Source: Nanobdellati archaeon (GTDB taxonomy: Archaea > Nanobdellota > Nanobdellia > Woesearchaeales > GCA-2686295). Taken from it: 64,000 nucleotides of DNA. The translations under genes were made by a program, and so were the position numbers. The stretch spans positions 36,262-100,261 of the forward strand of contig JACNFY010000019.1 of NCBI GenBank assembly GCA_014384375.1. The letters run 5' to 3'. The notes below the pieces were generated by a model that was given only the letters and a program-made list of their open reading frames with translations, was not told the origin of the DNA and did not search any database. Each line of letters starts with the position of its first letter. Positions within the stretch are counted from its first letter, which is position 1. Positions 46,164 to 54,934 of the stretch are shown piece by piece.

Positions 46164-47513
46164 TTATGTTAGAACACAACCGCTTAGTTTTGCAAGGTTA
46201 TCTAGTGTCTGTTCTCCAGTATGTTTTTGGCCGTTAACCTCCCATGTTGGGTATCCTGATATCCTTTCATTTCGGCATATTTCTGTTTGTGCTCTCGGAT
46301 TTCCCTCTATTGAGCACTCGACATATGTTATGTGCTCCCAAGCATCTCCGAACATCCTCTTCTGAGCTGCACAGTGGCTACACCAGTAAGCACCAAACAT
46401 CTTAGCTCCTTTTTCACTGAGACACTTTGCAAAGGTTACTATTGAGTCCTCCTCTAAAGGCTCTTCTGTAGTTTCTTCCTCTTCTATGCATATCTCTGTT
46501 TCTGGTGTTTCAAAGCAGTTGATTATCTCTGCGTTGCTTCTTAACTCTTCAATATATACCCTGAATTTTTCCTTCTGTTTTTCGAATAGTAAGTTCGTTT
46601 TCAGTTGCCCTTCCACTTCCTCTAATGAAAATGTTCTCTCAGGAGTTTTTTCAAGTGTTTGTATTAAATGATAGCCAAACTGAGTTTTCACTACACTTGC
46701 TTCTCCGACCTCGTTGTTAAACGCTGTATCCTTGTATTCTTGGACAAAGTTAGAGTCTCTTGTGAATGCAGGATACTCTCCACAAGTATCCTTGCTTCCA
46801 GGATCTTCTGAGTATTCTTCTACCAGTTCGCAGAACTTCTCTTTGTCTTCTTCAAATGCTGTTTTCACCTCATCCATTATTGCTAGGGCTTCTTCATCTG
46901 TTCTGCTCTCAGTTGAGATTAGGATGTGTCTTGCCCTAACGCTTTCAGGAACTGTGAATAGTTCAGGATTTAACTCGTAGTAATTGAATATTTCCTCATC
47001 GCTAACTTCCAAATCATAGAATAAAGTTTCATTTAGAAATAAAAAAACTCTTAGTTGGTCCTTGAATTCTTCGAGTGTGAATCCTTGTGTAGCTACGTTT
47101 TCACTTAGCTGCTCAATCGTAATGTTGTTCTCTGCAAGTATCCTGTTTATCTCGTTATCAACCTCTGTACCTGCTTTCCTAGCTTCAGCTTGTAATAGCT
47201 TCTTGTCAATCAACTGTGATAATACAGTGTTTTCGTCAAGCACTTGCTGTAACTGTGGTGGTAACCTGCTAGCTTCTTTTAACAGCTCTTCTTCATATAT
47301 TAATTCGCCGTTAACAACACCAACGACTTTTCCTTTGGTTTCTGCTTCGATTCCTGAATATTTTGCTACAATTATAATAACAACTATGGCTATTATTCCT
47401 ATTATTGGGTAGATGTTTTTCTTAGGTTGTTTCTTTGTAACTCTCTTAGTTTTTTTAGAACTTTTACGTGTGGATGAGGTTCTTCCTCTTTTCTTTTTAG
47501 CCAATGAAATCAC
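46164..47513 (-). CDS. Membrane-anchored parvulin-type PPIase fused to a VKOR-associated thioredoxin-like domain
   Basis: The order is an N-terminal TM anchor, a SurA-N-like helical region, a PpiC domain (RARHILI...FGYHLIQ) and a C-terminal domain. That C-terminal GAKMFGAYWCSHCAAQKRMFG...ITYVECS...ISGYPTWEVNGQKHTGEQ closely resembles the Trx-like domain fused to bacterial VKOR. Confidence 0.7.
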   Translation of the reverse strand: MISLAKKKRGRTSSTRKSSKKTKRVTKKQPKKNIYPIIGIIAIVVIIIVAKYSGIEAETKGKVVGVVNGELIYEEELLKEASRLPPQLQQVLDENTVLSQLIDKKLLQAEARKAGTEVDNEINRILAENNITIEQLSENVATQGFTLEEFKDQLRVFLFLNETLFYDLEVSDEEIFNYYELNPELFTVPESVRARHILISTESRTDEEALAIMDEVKTAFEEDKEKFCELVEEYSEDPGSKDTCGEYPAFTRDSNFVQEYKDTAFNNEVGEASVVKTQFGYHLIQTLEKTPERTFSLEEVEGQLKTNLLFEKQKEKFRVYIEELRSNAEIINCFETPETEICIEEEETTEEPLEEDSIVTFAKCLSEKGAKMFGAYWCSHCAAQKRMFGDAWEHITYVECSIEGNPRAQTEICRNERISGYPTWEVNGQKHTGEQTLDNLAKLSGCVLT

Positions 47514-47636
47514 CTATATTATTTCTTCACCCCTTCCTGAGAAATGTTATTTTTCCTTTTATATAAAACTTTTGTTTGTAAGACCACTCTTTAGTTTACA
47601 TAAATATTTATATTAGTTATTCTCTAAAATTGTTAT

Positions 47637-48956
47637 ATGTATGACATAGTGATTGGTAGGAATGAGAAGGATAGGAAAAAATTCGGAACTGATGGCACTA
47701 TTCTTATTGGGAAACACTATGTTAAGATGGGACGAACCAGTTCTTTAGCTAACAAGATATTTCTTGACATGATTCGTTCCCACGTAGTGTTTGTGTGTGG
47801 TAAGAGGGGAAGCGGTAAAAGTTATACTATGGGTGTTATTGCAGAAGGAGTCGCTGATCTTCCAAAGGAGATAAAGCAGAACATATCTATAATCATGCTG
47901 GATACTATGGGTATTTATTGGACTATGAAATATCCTAACAAGAAGGATAAAGACTTATTGGATGACTGGGTGTTGGAAGGCAAGGGTTTAGATGTCAAGA
48001 TATATACGCCAACAGGTTACTATTCTGATTATAAAAAGAAAGGCATACCTACAGATGCTCCTTTCTCTGTGAAGCCATCTGAGCTTGATGCAGATGATTG
48101 GAATATAACCTTTGGTATAAATCCTCATGAGCCAATAGGTGTCTTGATAGAGAGAGTGATTTATGAGCTTAAGGATTCTGGAAAAGAGTATGATATCGAT
48201 GATGTAATAAAAGCTATAAATAATGATAAAGATGCAGATAATGCAGTGAAGGATGCTGCCAAAAACCAGTTTTTGAACGCTAAGAACTGGGGTGTTTTTG
48301 ACAAGAAAGGAACACCTTTAAAGGAGCTAGCCAGAGGCGGACAAGTGACTGTATTGGATGTTTCTTGCTATGCAACCATGCCGGGCTCTTGGAATATAAA
48401 GAATCTCGTGATTGGATTAGTCTCTGAGAAATTATTCATAGAGAGGATGATATCTAGGAAGAATGAGGAGTATCAGGAGATACATAAGTCTGTGAACTAT
48501 TTTGGTGATGAACAAGCTGCCAAGCAGGAATTTCCGCTTGTTTGGTTGGTTATTGATGAGGCTCATGAGTTCCTACCTTTAAAGGGAAAGACAATGGCTA
48601 CAGATCCATTAGTAACCATTCTTAGAGAAGGAAGACAGCCAGGTATCTCGCTTATACTGGCAACACAGCAGCCAGGAAAGATACACACCGACGTTATGAC
48701 ACAGTCAGATACAGTTATATCTCATAGGATAACTGCAAGGATTGACACTGAAGCTTTAGGTATGTTGATGCAGTCATACATGCGTGAAGGACTTGATGTA
48801 CAACTGGATAACCTTCCAAGGTTAAAGGGAGCTGCTATAATCTTTGATGATACTAATGAGAAGATGTATCCTATGAGGATAAGACCAAGATTTACTTGGC
48901 ATGGAGGAGAAGCACCTTCTGCTCTGCATAAAAAAGAGGATTTGTTCGAGGAGTAG
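47637..48956 (+). CDS. HerA/FtsK-like P-loop ATPase (DUF87-type)
   Basis: Walker A is VCGKRGSGKSY and Walker B is VWLVIDEAHEFLP. ILATQQPGKI is also present. Confidence 0.65.
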   Translation: MYDIVIGRNEKDRKKFGTDGTILIGKHYVKMGRTSSLANKIFLDMIRSHVVFVCGKRGSGKSYTMGVIAEGVADLPKEIKQNISIIMLDTMGIYWTMKYPNKKDKDLLDDWVLEGKGLDVKIYTPTGYYSDYKKKGIPTDAPFSVKPSELDADDWNITFGINPHEPIGVLIERVIYELKDSGKEYDIDDVIKAINNDKDADNAVKDAAKNQFLNAKNWGVFDKKGTPLKELARGGQVTVLDVSCYATMPGSWNIKNLVIGLVSEKLFIERMISRKNEEYQEIHKSVNYFGDEQAAKQEFPLVWLVIDEAHEFLPLKGKTMATDPLVTILREGRQPGISLILATQQPGKIHTDVMTQSDTVISHRITARIDTEALGMLMQSYMREGLDVQLDNLPRLKGAAIIFDDTNEKMYPMRIRPRFTWHGGEAPSALHKKEDLFEE

Positions 48957-48958
48957 CA

Positions 48959-50143
48959 ATGCATTACAGAGAGTATTTTCGTGCTACAGGAATAAACATG
49001 CTGTTCACTTTCTGCATATTTCTGTATTATCCAATTTTGTCACCTTTTGTGAAGGGTCTTGGACTTGATGATTTTCAGACAGCGCTTGTTTTTTCTATTC
49101 TTCCACTTGCAATAATTTTTTCCTCGCCAATCATGGGTCGATTGGCTGATGATATAGGCAGGACTAGGGTTATAATACTAGGAATTATGATTGAGATTTC
49201 TGCCATGGCTCTCTACATTCTTGGCAGCAATTGGCTACTTATAGCGATCGCTAGGTTTCTAGATGCTGTAGCTGTAGCAGGTGTTACACTAGTGGCTTTG
49301 GCGAAGATAGAGGATGCATTGTCAGATAAGGAAAGAGGAAAGTACGCTGGTTGGAGTTTCAGTCTTACTCATATAGGGGCGGTAGTTGCACCTGTAGTTG
49401 GAGGGATTTTGGCAGACAAGCTCTTCATAAGAGCACCGTTTATCCTAGCAGCGGTGTTGCTATTAGCTTTAGCATTTTTTCTTGCTTTCAGAACTAGGAA
49501 GCTTTCAAAGAAAGTTGACAAGAGAGCTTTCAACTTGGTCGATGAGTTAAAGACTTTTCTTTCAATCAAGCCTTTAAAGGGAATGGCTGTTCTCGGAATA
49601 GTTATGCATGCCACAAACCCTGCGATGCTGGTCTTCCTGCCGTTGTATATTGTTGAAAGACTTGGTTTGAGCTACACGTATGTAGGAATAGCACTATTTT
49701 TTCTTGGAATAACTCATGTTTTTCAGTTCTACTTTGGTAGCTTAAATGATAAGTTTGGTAGGGCAACAATGACTTTGTTTGGATGCTTCTTGTTTGCATT
49801 ATTTCTCTTCTTACTATCAACTACTCATGCTTATTGGCTTATACTCTTATTACTTTTGTTTCAAGGGACAGGAGGTGCTATCTGGAATGTTTCTGCATGG
49901 ACTTTAATGTCTGATATCGGCGAGAAGATAAACAAGGAAGGAGAAATAGTTGGTTCCTACATGTCGATAGCTAAGATGGGTAGCTTCATAAGTTTCCTAT
50001 TCAGTGGTTTGATAGTGCAGGTCTTTAGCATAGAAGTTTTGTTTATGTTCAATGCCTTTTTGATTGCTATAGGTATGCTTATTGCCTCTTTTTATTTCGA
50101 CAAACACCATATTCTTCCGAAAAAAGTTGCTAAACTATCATAA
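48959..50143 (+). CDS. MFS transporter
   Basis: About 12 TM helices, with the MFS loop 2-3 motif GRLADDIGRTRV. It starts 2 nt after the ATPase stop. Confidence 0.8.
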   Translation: MHYREYFRATGINMLFTFCIFLYYPILSPFVKGLGLDDFQTALVFSILPLAIIFSSPIMGRLADDIGRTRVIILGIMIEISAMALYILGSNWLLIAIARFLDAVAVAGVTLVALAKIEDALSDKERGKYAGWSFSLTHIGAVVAPVVGGILADKLFIRAPFILAAVLLLALAFFLAFRTRKLSKKVDKRAFNLVDELKTFLSIKPLKGMAVLGIVMHATNPAMLVFLPLYIVERLGLSYTYVGIALFFLGITHVFQFYFGSLNDKFGRATMTLFGCFLFALFLFLLSTTHAYWLILLLLLFQGTGGAIWNVSAWTLMSDIGEKINKEGEIVGSYMSIAKMGSFISFLFSGLIVQVFSIEVLFMFNAFLIAIGMLIASFYFDKHHILPKKVAKLS

Positions 50144-50271
50144 ATCAAAGATTTATGGGAGTCTACAAAGACTATGGTCTTTGAGATTCAAAAACTATGT
50201 TTTTGTAATTTCCCAAAATTTTCAGAAAATGTTGATAAACCTTTATAAATCGAAAACCATTTTTTTCTTTC

Positions 50272-50580
50272 ATGCCATTTTCAAAATCTTTTCCAAAAAC
50301 AGTTGATAAGAGCCCATATCCCAGATGGGAGGAGATATATCTTTCTGATGAAGAGGAAAAAGAGACAGAGAAGAGATGCAGGCACGAGAATATAGCTCTA
50401 ATGAAAGAGTGTATTGAAGATGCTAAGAAGATATTCTCAGAGAAGAAATTGAAGGACTTCCAGTCAGATGTTATAAATGCTGCAATAGCTTTGTTCGAGA
50501 AGAGAGCTTCTCACTCTGTTTATTGGAAGGAAAACAAGGCTAAGGAGAAGTTTGACAAGTTATTCAGGGAAAAAGATTAG
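50272..50580 (+). CDS. Hypothetical small protein (102 aa)
   Basis: ORF track entry. The sequence is charged and helical with no recognisable motif. Confidence 0.4.
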   Translation: MPFSKSFPKTVDKSPYPRWEEIYLSDEEEKETEKRCRHENIALMKECIEDAKKIFSEKKLKDFQSDVINAAIALFEKRASHSVYWKENKAKEKFDKLFREKD

Positions 50581-51515
50581 ACAAATTTTTTCTTAACAGT
50601 TCTTTTCTCTAGTTTCTCCCATTTCAAGTCTCCTTTTTCAACATACCAGAGAGTTGCTTTTAAGAAGTAGAATATCGATCTACATATGTCTGTCTGCGTT
50701 AATATACCTTTTAGTTCATCATTCTCAGTTATTAGAAGCCTTCTAACATTATCAGTTACCATTATTCTATTAGCTTCGAATATGTTAACGTCTACGTCAA
50801 TTGTCATCACAGGATATATCATTACATTGTCTACAAATAATTTGTTGCATTTTTCAGGGTCTTCAACTATTTTAGCAACAACATCATACTCGGTGATTAT
50901 ACCAGCTACTTTGGTTCCGTCTAAAATAATTATTGACCCTATATCTTTTTCAGCCATCCTCTTTTTTGCATCTGCGAATTTAGATCCTTTTCTTATACTT
51001 ACAACGTTCTTACTCATCATTTGTTCTACATTTAACAGATCAGAGGTTTTTGCTTCCAGAGAGTTGTAGAATTTATCAAACAACCTTACAAAGTCTGTTT
51101 GGGTGACTATCCCTACCATCTTTCCATCTTTCTCTACAACTAGCTTTCTGAAATTATTTTTCACAAGAATCGGGACAGCTTCAACCACCTTTGTCTCTGG
51201 GTTTATAGTGACTAATTTTGGAGACATAAGATTATTAACTTTGAGGTTATCAAATTTTTTCTTATCCAAAGGTGCTTTTTTCAGAAAATCCCTCTCAGTT
51301 ATCACACCAATAGGGCGTTCTTCGTCTTTCACAACAACACAAGAAACTTTTTCACCGACTATTATTTCTGCTGCGTTAGATAGTTTTTCATTTTTCTGTA
51401 TAGAGATAACATACTTAGACATTATCTCAGAAACAGGGGTTTTGAGAACTCCATCTATACATTTCTTTAATCCTTCCTCTATCTTCTTTTTTTTGAAACT
51501 ATCTAAAAACCCCAT
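50577..51515 (-). CDS. CBS-domain protein (four CBS repeats)
   Basis: Four repeats of the CBS pattern occur (e.g. VMSKYVISI...VSCVVVKDEERPIGVITERDFLKK and GIVTQTDFVR). Confidence 0.8.
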   Translation of the reverse strand: MGFLDSFKKKKIEEGLKKCIDGVLKTPVSEIMSKYVISIQKNEKLSNAAEIIVGEKVSCVVVKDEERPIGVITERDFLKKAPLDKKKFDNLKVNNLMSPKLVTINPETKVVEAVPILVKNNFRKLVVEKDGKMVGIVTQTDFVRLFDKFYNSLEAKTSDLLNVEQMMSKNVVSIRKGSKFADAKKRMAEKDIGSIIILDGTKVAGIITEYDVVAKIVEDPEKCNKLFVDNVMIYPVMTIDVDVNIFEANRIMVTDNVRRLLITENDELKGILTQTDICRSIFYFLKATLWYVEKGDLKWEKLEKRTVKKKFV

Positions 51516-51516
51516 C

Positions 51517-51753
51517 TTATTTTTTCTTATAATGACCCTTTTTGTGGATTGCTAAGCTGTCCAGATATTCTTCTTCTCCTATTGGTGCTTTGGTCATACT
51601 GATGAGAGACGCTATAAACATAATAACAAATACAATCATAAAAGCCCACGCCCAACTTTTGAATATTGGATGGTTTATGAAAAAAGCGCTTATAATAAAC
51701 CCAAACATTGAGAACAGCATAAAACCACTTGAAATCGGAGCAACCTTGAACAT
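51517..51753 (-). CDS. Small membrane protein (78 aa)
   Basis: Two predicted TM helices. I preferred this frame to the overlapping 51527..51763 frame, which lacks hydrophobic segments. It lies 1 nt upstream of the CBS gene. Confidence 0.4.
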   Translation of the reverse strand: MFKVAPISSGFMLFSMFGFIISAFFINHPIFKSWAWAFMIVFVIMFIASLISMTKAPIGEEEYLDSLAIHKKGHYKKK

Positions 51754-51808
51754 TTATCATCACCTCTTTTCTATAGTGTACTCTATTATCTAGTTTAAAT
51801 ATTTTCCG

Positions 51809-52894
51809 TTAGAAATGCACAAATTTTACTTTATCAATCTGTTTCTTGGCTTTCTCAAGTTTCTTATTGAAGTCTTTCATGAGAGCCACCATTTTTTCAC
51901 TGGCAATCTCTTTTATCTCGCCTGCACTCATTCGGCCTGATTTGTACTCCTTATATATTTTGTTTAGCTCTTTATCATCCTCTATTAAGTGTTGTTTTAA
52001 TAGCTCGAAAACCATGCATTTCTCGACCTCTGCTCCGAGTCTGCGGTGTTCCTCCAGAGTTGGTCTTCCACCACTAACAGCCTTCATTATCTTTCTCCTA
52101 ACAGATTTTTCATCCTCTGGAATAGTAATGCATGACTCTGGTTTTGACTTTGACATCTTCACACTTCCATCCAGGGAGGGAGTGTATTTATGGTAAAGAG
52201 AGCTTGGAAAGAAGAACCTCTTACTCTTCATCCTGTTAACAACATCCCTGCTCAGCCTTATATGTGGATCCTGGTCAATTCCTACAGGAATTATTCCGGG
52301 CATTCTCTCCTTAAACTGTGGGTACAGAACATCTCCGACCTGTGTGACTGCACTCATAATTCTGCCAGGATCTGCAGCTCCATAGATTGCTTTGAACTCA
52401 TTAAGGGTTATCTTCTTTGCAGCTTCATAAGCGAAGTGAACTACCTCCTTATTGTCTGACTGAAAATAAAATACTGTCTTCTTAGGGTCTAAGCCCAGCG
52501 CTATATAAGCAGGTATGTGGAAGTCCATAGCCCTTTTTCTGCCTTCCTCCAGAGGAACTCCTCGCGCTGCCTGAGCCTCCAAATCAGCTACTAAGATGTA
52601 AGTCTTGGCTCCGTGCTCTTGGAAGTATTTCAGATTTTCAACAACCAGCTTGTTACCTAAGTGTAATTCTTTGTTGGTAGGCATTATGCCACTTAAAGCG
52701 TAGAAAGGGTTTTTCTCTTTTATGCAACGAGCGATTATCTTCAAATCCCTGCCTGCAAAAACAACTCTTCTTCTCATAATTCTGCTAGGTTTAGGAAAGC
52801 CACGGCTATTAAAAACTTCTAATCCAAAGTCTTTGATAAGCTTCTCATAATCCTTGACCAGCTCAGAGCCGTAAGGATCGATAATTTTTGTCAT
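51809..52894 (-). CDS. trpS: Tryptophanyl-tRNA synthetase
   Basis: The N-terminus is IDPYGSELVKDYEKLIKDFG, typical of archaeal and eukaryotic TrpRS. The HIGH-type motif is ELHLGN and KMSKS is present. Confidence 0.85.
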   Translation of the reverse strand: MTKIIDPYGSELVKDYEKLIKDFGLEVFNSRGFPKPSRIMRRRVVFAGRDLKIIARCIKEKNPFYALSGIMPTNKELHLGNKLVVENLKYFQEHGAKTYILVADLEAQAARGVPLEEGRKRAMDFHIPAYIALGLDPKKTVFYFQSDNKEVVHFAYEAAKKITLNEFKAIYGAADPGRIMSAVTQVGDVLYPQFKERMPGIIPVGIDQDPHIRLSRDVVNRMKSKRFFFPSSLYHKYTPSLDGSVKMSKSKPESCITIPEDEKSVRRKIMKAVSGGRPTLEEHRRLGAEVEKCMVFELLKQHLIEDDKELNKIYKEYKSGRMSAGEIKEIASEKMVALMKDFNKKLEKAKKQIDKVKFVHF

Positions 52895-53598
52895 AATATA
52901 TCGCCTTTTGCTTTGGTTAATATAAATTTTTTTATTGTAGCATCAACTAATAGGTCAATAGTGTTTATATTTGGAAGATTTTTTTTTCCAAGCATAACTG
53001 CAAACTCTGTACATCCCAGAATTATTTTTTTTGCACCTTTTTCTAAGTATTTTTCACAAATTTTTTTAGTAATTTTTATCTGTTCTTCTTTTTTGAATCC
53101 TTTATTAAAATTGAAAATAGCCTTTGATAATGTTTCTAATTCTTTCTCATTTGGCTTAAAAGAACTGATTTCTTGGAACTCATATAGCCCGCCCTTGATA
53201 GTTAGTGGTGTTCCAATTACTAACACTTTCTGGATATTATTTTTAATAAGGAATTTTTTTATTTCTTCTTTAAGATCCAGTATGGTTGTGTTGATTCTTT
53301 TTTGGAATTTATCATGAAATAAATGTATTGTATTACAAACCATAACTATGAAGTCTACTTCGAAATTGTGTAATTCTCTTAATCCAGAAATATAGTTTTC
53401 TAAATCTTTCTCTGAAATTTTGTTTCCTATTAGTTCAGGAGCAGGAATACTATTGATAATTATTTGAGGAAAATCTTGGTTATTATTGATTAACTCTCTA
53501 ACTTGTAATTCAGTTATGAGTTTATTATAAAATTCTCCGGTAGCTTCAGGTCCAATGCCTCCTAAGACACCTATTTTACATGTGCCACCGAGAACCAC
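52891..53598 (-). CDS. Aspartate/glutamate racemase family protein
   Basis: Contains GVLGGIGPEATGEFYNKL and the two catalytic Cys regions MVCNTIH and LGCTEF. Confidence 0.8.
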   Translation of the reverse strand: MVLGGTCKIGVLGGIGPEATGEFYNKLITELQVRELINNNQDFPQIIINSIPAPELIGNKISEKDLENYISGLRELHNFEVDFIVMVCNTIHLFHDKFQKRINTTILDLKEEIKKFLIKNNIQKVLVIGTPLTIKGGLYEFQEISSFKPNEKELETLSKAIFNFNKGFKKEEQIKITKKICEKYLEKGAKKIILGCTEFAVMLGKKNLPNINTIDLLVDATIKKFILTKAKGDIL

Positions 53599-53735
53599 CT
53601 TTTAGAGGACTATCTAAGAAAAAGTCGGGTCTATCCCCAAAAACAATCACTTTTTATGTTCATGAGGAGAAGAGAGTTTTTTTCTTATATAAATCTTTCT
53701 CTAAATGGCAAAAATTTTTCGGATTTAATTACGCA

Positions 53736-53749
53736 AAATATTTAAATAG
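53736..53749 (+). promoter_or_regulatory. TATA-like box, with an AAGGAGGT RBS (53777-53784), upstream of the three-gene cassette
   Basis: The sequence aaatatttaaatag lies about 45 nt upstream of the ATG at 53791. A strong Shine-Dalgarno AAGGAGGT lies 6 nt before that ATG. Confidence 0.35.
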
Positions 53750-53790
53750 AAATATCTAACTTATATTAACTGCTTAAAGGAGGTAGCCAT

Positions 53791-54246
53791 ATGAATTCTT
53801 TAGCTTTAGGAGGTGTTTTGAAGCGAATATATGAACATTTTGACATGCAATCTTTTTCAAATAGGTTGAGGGTTCAGAAGGTAATATACCTTTTACAAGG
53901 TGTAGGTATTAATTTAGGATATTCCTACTCTTGGTACATCTATGGGCCTTATTCTACTGGATTAACAAGAGATGCATTTCAGATTACTAATTTTAAAAAT
54001 GTTAAACCAATTGGATTTGTTGAACCAAGCACAGAGAAGAAATTTCAGGAGTTCACTAAAAAAATTAAACAAAAAAATGATTTTTGGTTAGAAGTTGCTA
54101 GTTCAATACATTTTTTGAAAGAGTTATACCCAAATAAAACAAAGTCAAGCATAATCAATGAGATTCAAAATAAAAGAACTAAGTTTAACAATAAGAAAGA
54201 TAAAATACTTCAAGTTTGGGAAGATATAGAGGGTTGGATTATATGA
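53791..54246 (+). CDS. Panacea/SocA-like (DUF4065-type) domain protein, putative antitoxin component
   Basis: RLRVQKVIYLLQGVGINLGYSYSWYIYGPYSTGLTRD resembles the KLQKLLYxAQ...WxxGPVxxxLY core of DUF4065/GepA/SocA proteins. Pattern-level evidence only. Confidence 0.45.
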   Translation: MNSLALGGVLKRIYEHFDMQSFSNRLRVQKVIYLLQGVGINLGYSYSWYIYGPYSTGLTRDAFQITNFKNVKPIGFVEPSTEKKFQEFTKKIKQKNDFWLEVASSIHFLKELYPNKTKSSIINEIQNKRTKFNNKKDKILQVWEDIEGWII

Positions 54247-54455
54247 GAAACCTTAAAATAATTTTTGATCCTAGAACAGACGCAAATAAAATTAATGAGA
54301 AAGTTGTTCAATTAAAAGATGAAGAAAAGATAGAGTCTCCTGTTGGGGCCTTATTCTCGATGTTAGGTGATTCTCTGGAAAAAAAGGAAAAGGTTTACAA
54401 AACTAAGAAATCTATAAAATCTAGGAAAGAGATTCCAAAATTACAGTTTCTTTAA
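54243..54455 (+). CDS. Hypothetical 70-aa protein (acidic centre, K/R-rich tail), middle gene of the cassette
   Basis: I set the start at the ATG 54243-54245, which overlaps the upstream stop TGA 54244-54246. The track ORF begins 27 nt earlier inside the upstream gene. No recognisable motif. Confidence 0.4.
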   Translation: MRNLKIIFDPRTDANKINEKVVQLKDEEKIESPVGALFSMLGDSLEKKEKVYKTKKSIKSRKEIPKLQFL

Positions 54456-54458
54456 AAA

Positions 54459-54848
54459 ATGCCTCAGTTAAACCAGAGAGAAATCAAAATAACCAAGTGT
54501 GATACGAATGGTAAACTTGCCAAAATAGGTTGTCCTCATCACTTTTATATAATTCTTTCTATGAATAAATACAATCAAATAGCTAGTGAATTGTTGGGCG
54601 TTCCATTAACCTCGAAAATAAATGATTTCACTCTTAATTATGGGCTAGATATAACAAATGATGATATAGAAGGAGATTTTGCTCTTGATAAACAAACTTT
54701 TATACTTTGTGACCGTCCTTGTCGAATTAGTAAATCTGACCTTGGAACTATGAAAACTGACGGGTCAAGGATAAGTAAAGAATTATTCACGAGAATTGTT
54801 GATAATATTTCACATTTTATTAGATATGGCAAGAGATTAGGAGCCTAA
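54459..54848 (+). CDS. Divergent MazF/PemK-like toxin-fold protein
   Basis: HHFYIILSMNKYNQIASELLGVPLTSK, FILCDRPCRISKSDL and ISKELFTRIVDNISHFI are collinear with E. coli MazF segments RPAVVLSPFMYNNKTGMCLCVPCTTQ, ALADQVKSIAWRAR and APEELQLIKAKINVLI. It starts 3 nt after the upstream stop. Confidence 0.55.
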   Translation: MPQLNQREIKITKCDTNGKLAKIGCPHHFYIILSMNKYNQIASELLGVPLTSKINDFTLNYGLDITNDDIEGDFALDKQTFILCDRPCRISKSDLGTMKTDGSRISKELFTRIVDNISHFIRYGKRLGA

Positions 54849-54897
54849 TTAGATACTTCTCTTTATTACTTAGTTTTACGTTTCTAAAAATAAGAAG

Positions 54898-54913
54898 AAT
54901 AAATTTAAATATT
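54898..54913 (+). promoter_or_regulatory. TATA-like box upstream of the RM gene
   Basis: The sequence aataaatttaaatatt lies about 22-37 nt upstream of the ATG at 54935. Confidence 0.3.
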
Positions 54914-54934
54914 AATCCTTAATAATTAATTCTT

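Noticed and set aside
51527-51763. An alternative 78-aa frame overlapping the small membrane protein gene.
   Set aside because: Its translation has no hydrophobic segments and odd composition. The 51517..51753 frame gives two clean TM helices.
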